Shown: positions 58,282 to 64,000 of the stretch, piece after piece | Layout: the number at the start of each line of letters is the position of its first letter | How positions within the stretch are numbered: position 1 is the first letter of the stretch | Source of the DNA: Sulfurovum sp. TSL1 | GTDB lineage: Bacteria; Campylobacterota; Campylobacteria; Campylobacterales; Sulfurovaceae | Length of the DNA: 64,000 nucleotides | Direction of reading: 5' to 3' | Assembly: GCF_019972135.1 (NCBI RefSeq) | Contig: NZ_BPFI01000001.1 | Location: 43,106 to 107,105, forward strand | Notes under the pieces: generated by a model | Told to the model about the DNA's origin: nothing | Database searches by the model: none | Seen by the model: only the letters and a program-made list of their open reading frames with translations | Made by a program: the position numbers and the translations under genes

Positions 58282-58983
58282 CTAATCCATAGAGTGGATA
58301 AAGTTATCATAAAGTGCATCGAGCTCATGGTCTTTTTCTTTAATATGTGCATTATCCCCGGTTTCAATCGCTGTTTCAAGCACTGCAAGACGTTTGAGAA
58401 GATATTGAAATATCTCTTTATTGATATCCGGGATTTTATCGTGACTGAGCGGTGTTTTATCGAATCCGCGTTTAAGGACACGTGCAGGAATACCTACGGC
58501 AGTCGAATCGGCCGGTACATTTTTTACCACAACAGAGTTCGCACCGACCTTGGAGTTGGCCCCAATGGTGATGTTTCCGAGTACTTTGGCTCCCGCACCG
58601 ATGACTGCACCATTTTCTATCGTCGGGTGTCTTTTACCTTTTGTAAGGCTGACCCCGCCAAGTGTGACCTGTTGATAGATGATGACATCATCGCCGATGA
58701 CCGCTGTTTCTCCGATCACAACCCCCACACCATGGTCAATGAAAACCCTGCGGCCGATGGTTGCAGCGGGATGTATATCTATCACTGTTAAAAACTGTCC
58801 GATTGCAGAGATGAGCCGCGGAAGGAACCTTAGCCCTTTTTTGTAAAGCGGGTGTGCCAAACGATAAAAAAAAAGTGCCCATAGTCCGGGGTAGTTAAAA
58901 AAGAGTTCAAAGGTAGAGTGCAGGGCAGGGTCATTTCTTTTTACATTGAGAAAATCTTCTTTGATAAGACTAAATGGATTCAA
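58282..58983 (-). CDS. cysE: Serine O-acetyltransferase
   Basis: SAT N-terminal helical domain followed by left-handed beta-helix hexapeptide repeats ([24 protein letters not shown]). Confidence 0.8.
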   Translation of the reverse strand: MNPFSLIKEDFLNVKRNDPALHSTFELFFNYPGLWALFFYRLAHPLYKKGLRFLPRLISAIGQFLTVIDIHPAATIGRRVFIDHGVGVVIGETAVIGDDVIIYQQVTLGGVSLTKGKRHPTIENGAVIGAGAKVLGNITIGANSKVGANSVVVKNVPADSTAVGIPARVLKRGFDKTPLSHDKIPDINKEIFQYLLKRLAVLETAIETGDNAHIKEKDHELDALYDNFIHSMD

Positions 58984-58985
58984 TT

Positions 58986-60851
58986 TTAACGCTCCTCGTC
59001 AATGGCTTGTATCGTCTTAAGATAGCTGTTTTCACTTAAATAAAGGTAAAGTTTTCCTAGAAGTTCACGTTTTTCTTCATTGTTCAAAAGAACAGATTCT
59101 TCTATATTGTATTTGAGTACTTTATCTATGAGATAGGTATCATAATCCAGATCATCTAAAACATCCATAATGTTCTGTGCTTCGATCAAATTATCAATGG
59201 TATATTTCCCCTCTGCATCAAAGTTGATCACTGCTTCAGTAGGGTGGGTAAAGAGGTTATGTTTCATACCCAGGACCTCTTGATACGCGCCTGTAAGGAA
59301 AAAAGCTAAAAAGTACTCTTCTGTATCCACATCGATATCATGCAGGTAGAGTGGAAGATCACGGTTAAAGCCTATCTCCCCATCACTGTCACAGGTGATA
59401 TCCCAAATGCTTGCCGGATTGGTCGGTTTGATATCCAAACGGTCCAAAGGCATGATGGGAAAGTGCTGCGCCAGACCCCAAAAGTCAGGCAGTGACTGGA
59501 AAGCGGAGAAATTGACAAGGTACTTTTCCTGTATACGGTCCTGCAGTTTTTTGAGTTCATCACTGTCTTCATTCTTGAGCAGTGCGATAGATTTTTTGAT
59601 GATAAGGTTGACAAGTATCTCTGTATTGGAACGGTCTTCAAGGTCAATGTAGCCTAGATCAAAGAGCGTCAGCAGGCTTTCCATATGATCAAGTGCATCA
59701 TGCAGGTACTCTCTCGCACGTGCACGGCTTAAAGAGTTATAAAGGTCATAGAGTTCTTCTACCAGTGGAGGGTTGACCTCTTTGAGACGCAGTCCTTTCT
59801 CTGTATATTCCTGGGAGAAGAGTTCAAGTACAGGTGCAACAAGCACCGAGTGAGACGCGGCGATATATCGTCCAGACTCGGTAAAGATATCCGGTTCTTC
59901 CACACCTTTTCGTTTGGAAATATCCTGCATAAGGAACACCACATCATTGGCAAATTCCCGTAGAGAATAGTTTCTCTCCTGTTTATCCTCATGTTGGCTG
60001 TATTCAACAGCAAGGCCTCCACCGAGATTGATCGCCCCAAGTGCATCTGCCCCGCGTTTTTTGAGATCTGCATAAATATTTCCGGCTTCCCTCAATGCTT
60101 TTTTAAGTGGAGCGATGTCTCCCATCTGTGAACCTATATGAAAATGGATCATCCAGAGATAGTCTAAAAGCGCATGCTGTTTCAGCATTTCATAGGCCTC
60201 AAGAAGCTCGGTGGAAGTAAGACCGAATTTAGAACCGTATCCTCCGCTTTTTGCCCAGATACCTATGCCTGAACTGTGAAGACGTATACGTACACCGATC
60301 TTAGGTGAGATAGGTGTTTCTACATCCTCATTAAACTCTTTGTTGACCTGGATGATCGTCTCCAACTCTGTTAAACCTTCTATGGTCACGGTGATGTTGT
60401 GCCCCATCTTTGCTGCGATGAAACAGAGTGATATCATCTCTTTGTCTTTAAAACCATTCACCGTGATAGGTGCACCCAGAGGGGTTTTGGTCATAGCAAT
60501 AATCAGTTCGGCTTTACTTCCCGCCTCAAGGCCGTAGTTGTAATTTTTGGAAACATCCATCAGTGCATGCACAAAATTTGGAAATTGATTGACCTTGAGA
60601 GGAAAAACAGCTTGAAAATTTCCTTTGTATTTAAATTCCTGTTTGGCTTTTTCAAAAGTTTTAAAGAGTGTAGATATCTGTTTCTCCAGGAGATGAGGAA
60701 AACGCAGAAGAAGAGGCCCTTTATAGCCTTTATCACGGATCTCCTGTGTGATGGAAAGCAATGATGGCTTAGAGGCATGATTGATATTGATAGTATCACC
60801 CTGAATGATAAAGTTGTCATCACCCCAAATGTCTAACCCAAAATTTTTCAT
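58986..60851 (-). CDS. speA: Biosynthetic arginine decarboxylase
   Basis: ~620-aa fold-III PLP decarboxylase with the SpeA N-terminus [16 protein letters not shown]. Start chosen at the internal ATG with an AAGG SD. Confidence 0.85.
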   Translation of the reverse strand: MKNFGLDIWGDDNFIIQGDTININHASKPSLLSITQEIRDKGYKGPLLLRFPHLLEKQISTLFKTFEKAKQEFKYKGNFQAVFPLKVNQFPNFVHALMDVSKNYNYGLEAGSKAELIIAMTKTPLGAPITVNGFKDKEMISLCFIAAKMGHNITVTIEGLTELETIIQVNKEFNEDVETPISPKIGVRIRLHSSGIGIWAKSGGYGSKFGLTSTELLEAYEMLKQHALLDYLWMIHFHIGSQMGDIAPLKKALREAGNIYADLKKRGADALGAINLGGGLAVEYSQHEDKQERNYSLREFANDVVFLMQDISKRKGVEEPDIFTESGRYIAASHSVLVAPVLELFSQEYTEKGLRLKEVNPPLVEELYDLYNSLSRARAREYLHDALDHMESLLTLFDLGYIDLEDRSNTEILVNLIIKKSIALLKNEDSDELKKLQDRIQEKYLVNFSAFQSLPDFWGLAQHFPIMPLDRLDIKPTNPASIWDITCDSDGEIGFNRDLPLYLHDIDVDTEEYFLAFFLTGAYQEVLGMKHNLFTHPTEAVINFDAEGKYTIDNLIEAQNIMDVLDDLDYDTYLIDKVLKYNIEESVLLNNEEKRELLGKLYLYLSENSYLKTIQAIDEER

Positions 60852-60921
60852 AGTAGTGCCTTGTTGTTTTATTATGATAATTATAGCCAAACTTAATCTA
60901 ATCTTACCTATAATATTTCTT

Positions 60922-62025
60922 ATGATGAAACAATTCTTAACCTACGAAGCCGACCGGGATCACCTTACGCTTGTCTCTACAGGAGATTGGATGCTTGGCA
61001 CGGTACTTCAGATAGAAAAGGAACTGCTCCAGGTCCCTACTGATAAAAAGATCGTTTGGGATGTTTCGGGTATCAGTGATTTTGACAGTGCAGGGGTACT
61101 GCTTTTTATAGACTATTATGAACGATTTCAAAAAGAGACAGAGGTGGAGATCGTAGGGTATACAGAGAATCAAAAAGATATGTATACGCTGCTTCATAGA
61201 GATATCCCGGAGATCGAAGCACCAAGAAAACAAGGTATGCTGGAAAACCTGGGTAGAAGAAGCTATGAGGTATGGGATCAAATAAAGAGTTTCATTACTT
61301 TTTTAGGGCATCTTTTTTATGCCATGTTCCATACATTCGTCAAACCTAAAGATATACGTTTTAAAGAGACCATCTACCATATCCATCAATCAGGCTTCAA
61401 TGCCCTGATCATCATCGCTTTAACATCATTTTTAGTAGGGATGGTCATCTCCTATCAGGGGTCTGTTCAGTTAGCCAAGTTCGGCGCAGATATTTTTATC
61501 GTAGATACGGTCGCGATATCCATTACCAGGGAGTTGGGACCTATGATCACAGCTATTGTGATCGCAGGACGCAGCGGTTCTGCCTACACGGCTGAAATAG
61601 GGGCGATGAAAATCACAGAAGAGATAGCCGCCATGCGTACGATGGGCTTTGATCCTTATACTTTCCTGGTACTTCCGCGTATCTTTGCTTTAATGGTAGC
61701 ACTGCCATTGTTGATCTTCTTCGCGGATCTTATAGGTATCCTGGGTGGTATGGTCGCTGCGAGTATGCAGCTGGATATTTCTATGGGATTGTTCACCCAA
61801 AGGCTTTATGAGGTGTTGGAAGTGAAACACTATCTACTCGGTATGATGAAGGGACCGGTCTTTGCATTTCTCATCGCTGCGGTAGGATGCTTTAGAGGAT
61901 TTCAGGTCTCTTATAATACTGAGAGTGTGGGACTTCATACAACCGCGTCAGTGGTGAACTCGATCTTTTTAGTGATCGCATTTGATGCCCTTTTCTCAGT
62001 GATATTTACGGAGCTTGGGCTATGA
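60922..62025 (+). CDS. MlaE-family ABC transporter permease with N-terminal STAS (anti-sigma-antagonist-like) domain
   Basis: N-terminal ~100 aa STAS-like (…VWDVSGISDFDSAGVLLF…), then a 5-6 TM MlaE permease core. Confidence 0.7.
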   Translation: MMKQFLTYEADRDHLTLVSTGDWMLGTVLQIEKELLQVPTDKKIVWDVSGISDFDSAGVLLFIDYYERFQKETEVEIVGYTENQKDMYTLLHRDIPEIEAPRKQGMLENLGRRSYEVWDQIKSFITFLGHLFYAMFHTFVKPKDIRFKETIYHIHQSGFNALIIIALTSFLVGMVISYQGSVQLAKFGADIFIVDTVAISITRELGPMITAIVIAGRSGSAYTAEIGAMKITEEIAAMRTMGFDPYTFLVLPRIFALMVALPLLIFFADLIGILGGMVAASMQLDISMGLFTQRLYEVLEVKHYLLGMMKGPVFAFLIAAVGCFRGFQVSYNTESVGLHTTASVVNSIFLVIAFDALFSVIFTELGL

Positions 62026-62795
62026 ATAACGTCATTCAGGTAAAAGATGTCATCACGAGATTTGGTGAAAGAACGGTGCATGATGGGGTGAGTCTTCATA
62101 TCGATGAAAATGAGATCTATGCGATCTTGGGTCAAAGCGGTTCAGGAAAATCGGTACTCATGAAAGAGATGATCATGCTGCTGGAACCCAGTGCAGGTGA
62201 GATAACCGTTTTGGGTAAATCACTAAGCCGTATAGGTTTTAAAGAGGCACAGGCATTACGCAGTGACTGGGGTGTGCTTTTTCAGTTCGGAGCACTCTAC
62301 TCCTCTTTGACGGTCGCGGAAAATATAGAGGTACAGCTTAAGGAGTATACGGATATCTCAAAAGAGATGAGAGATAAACTGGTACGATCCAAGCTGGCAC
62401 TTGTGGGATTGGACCCTCATGTAGGCAGTCTGTATCCTTCCGAACTCAGTGGCGGGATGGTGAAACGTGCAGCACTTGCAAGGGCATTGGCGATGGAGCC
62501 AAAGCTCCTTTTTTTAGATGAACCGACCTCCGGTCTGGATCCCATAGGTGCACGAAATTTTGATGCACTGATCGTGGAGCTGCGTGATCTCTTAGGTATC
62601 ACGGTTGTAATGATCACACATGACCTTGAGAGCATTTTCAGTATCGTGGACAGGCTGGCCGTTTTGGCAGATCAGCATGTGGTTGCAGAGGGATCACTGG
62701 AAAATGTGTTACAATCACAACATCCCTTTGTAGAAGAATTCTTTAAGAATGAATACATCAAAGAGAGATTCAAAGAGAAGGTTAAAGATGTATAG
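62022..62795 (+). CDS. ABC transporter ATP-binding protein (MlaF-like)
   Basis: Walker A GQSGSGKS, signature LSGGM, Walker B LLFLDEP. Confidence 0.8.
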   Translation: MNNVIQVKDVITRFGERTVHDGVSLHIDENEIYAILGQSGSGKSVLMKEMIMLLEPSAGEITVLGKSLSRIGFKEAQALRSDWGVLFQFGALYSSLTVAENIEVQLKEYTDISKEMRDKLVRSKLALVGLDPHVGSLYPSELSGGMVKRAALARALAMEPKLLFLDEPTSGLDPIGARNFDALIVELRDLLGITVVMITHDLESIFSIVDRLAVLADQHVVAEGSLENVLQSQHPFVEEFFKNEYIKERFKEKVKDV

Positions 62796-63699
62796 CAGAG
62801 TCAATTATACCATTGTGGGTATCTTCGTAGTACTTTTTGGTGCAGGAATGGTATGGTTTGCTTTTTGGCTTGCCAAGGTTGATCTGCAAGAAGAATTTGA
62901 CATCTATAAACTCGAAATGCATGAATCTGTTGCAGGTCTCTCTATAGATTCCAATGTCAAATTACGTGGTGTGGATATCGGCAGTGTCAGTGCCATACAA
63001 ATTGATCCTCAAGATATAGAAACCGTTGAAGTATTCGTCAAAATAAAAAAAGGGATACCCATCAAAGAAGATATGGTAGCGCATACAGCGATGTTCGGTG
63101 TGACCGGACTTTTGTCCATAGAGATCGAAGGTGGTACGAACGGAGCTAAAACCTTGGAGCCTACAGATGACTATATCCCGATAATTAAGACAAAAACCTC
63201 CTTTCTCACACAGTTGGCAGGTGACATTGGCGGAGCAAGCGGAAAGATCGAAGCGCTTTTAGTACAGAGCCAGAAACTGCTTTCGGATGATAACATTGAA
63301 ACGTTGGGTGAGATCCTTGATAATATAGAACAAATGACAGCCAAAGGTGGAGAACTGGAAGAAAAGGTCATATTGACACTGGATGAATTCAGGGTATCTC
63401 TGGCAAATATGAATGGGGAGTTCAAAAAGATACAGCAGGATTTTGCAGAAATTAAACAGGTTTCTGTGCCTACCATCGACAAATTAATGGAAACAAGTAA
63501 GAATTTCAATCGTATGACACTCAAAGTTGAAAATACGATAGAGAGAGGGGATTATAATCTCAAACAGATCTTTGAACCTATGCTTATAGAGATACGCATA
63601 TTGACAAATCAACTCACTGCGATGTCAAAGCAGCTTGAACAAAACCCTAGTGAGTTGCTTTTTAAATCCAGATCATTAAGAAAGGGACCGGGAGAATGA
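62788..63699 (+). CDS. MCE-domain (MlaD-like) substrate-binding protein
   Basis: N-terminal TM anchor and MCE domain, then a long coiled-coil C-terminus. Confidence 0.7.
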   Translation: MYSRVNYTIVGIFVVLFGAGMVWFAFWLAKVDLQEEFDIYKLEMHESVAGLSIDSNVKLRGVDIGSVSAIQIDPQDIETVEVFVKIKKGIPIKEDMVAHTAMFGVTGLLSIEIEGGTNGAKTLEPTDDYIPIIKTKTSFLTQLAGDIGGASGKIEALLVQSQKLLSDDNIETLGEILDNIEQMTAKGGELEEKVILTLDEFRVSLANMNGEFKKIQQDFAEIKQVSVPTIDKLMETSKNFNRMTLKVENTIERGDYNLKQIFEPMLIEIRILTNQLTAMSKQLEQNPSELLFKSRSLRKGPGE

Positions 63700-64000
63700 G
63701 AAGAAGTACACTGACCCATATCGTGGCTATGATGATAGCAACAGGATTGATAGGGTGCAGTAAAGCACCTGTCCTCAACGTCTATAGTCTTAATGTTCCT
63801 GAGGTGCATACAGAGACTGCCGGTCACTATAAAGATAAAAGCATCAAAGTGACATTCCCGCAAAGTATCAAAGAACCGTTGTCTGAAAAAATGCACTTTT
63901 CCTATACCGCCAATGATAGAGGAGCCTACCAAAATTCCCAGTGGTCCAATAACATGAGCAGGATCTTGCAAGGTACATTCATAGAAGTCTTGGATCACAG
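63697..64000 (+). CDS. ABC-transport auxiliary lipoprotein (DUF330/PqiC-like), partial at window end
   Basis: Lipobox LIGCS after a signal peptide. Overlaps the MCE gene stop. Truncated by the window edge. Confidence 0.45.

Noticed and set aside
58273-58791. 172-aa plus-strand ORF antisense to cysE
   Set aside because: Overlaps the hexapeptide-repeat region of a clear serine acetyltransferase. Antisense of repetitive beta-helix coding sequence commonly yields long spurious ORFs.
1-64000. Looked for CRISPR arrays, tandem direct repeats, transposases/integrases, tRNA or rRNA genes
   Set aside because: No regularly spaced direct repeats were found. No T-loop GTTCGAATC-type motif in an appropriate context. 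No IS or phage-like ORFs.

Overview
AT-rich, gene-dense bacterial chromosomal segment. The gene repertoire and strong SD motifs look like Campylobacterota; that is inference, no search was run. Most of the window is core metabolism and envelope: murF, TRAP permease, corA, moxR, cdd, modE, a hybrid histidine kinase, an RND pump, an MscS-like channel, recO, gltB, accD, thiE, hrpB, aroK, speA, cysE, an aminotransferase, and an Mla-like ABC system. No rRNA, tRNA, CRISPR array, transposase or integrase was found. Two stretches look accessory or poorly characterised. (1) 29.1-33.1 kb: a promoter-led cassette of four hypothetical proteins, then an SPFH/SHOCT protein paired with a multi-zinc-ribbon protein. 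(2) 41.5-43.4 kb: a small protein with a Cys/Gly/Ser/Thr-rich C-terminal tail, a hypothetical protein and an EEP-family nuclease/phosphatase. The most coherent candidate novel system is a tightly packed minus-strand operon (46.07-52.68 kb). It couples an LplT-PlsC-Aas triple fusion (lysophospholipid uptake and re-acylation) with a fatty-acid-hydroxylase-family enzyme, a secreted hypothetical protein and an HTTM (vitamin-K-dependent-carboxylase-like) domain fused to a DCC thiol-disulfide oxidoreductase. Other curiosities: recO apparently starts at a non-ATG (ATC) codon preceded by a good SD; a 425-bp structured convergent intergenic region is a possible sRNA; several normally partnered genes are orphaned (RND permease, TRAP permease, MoxR, GltB).
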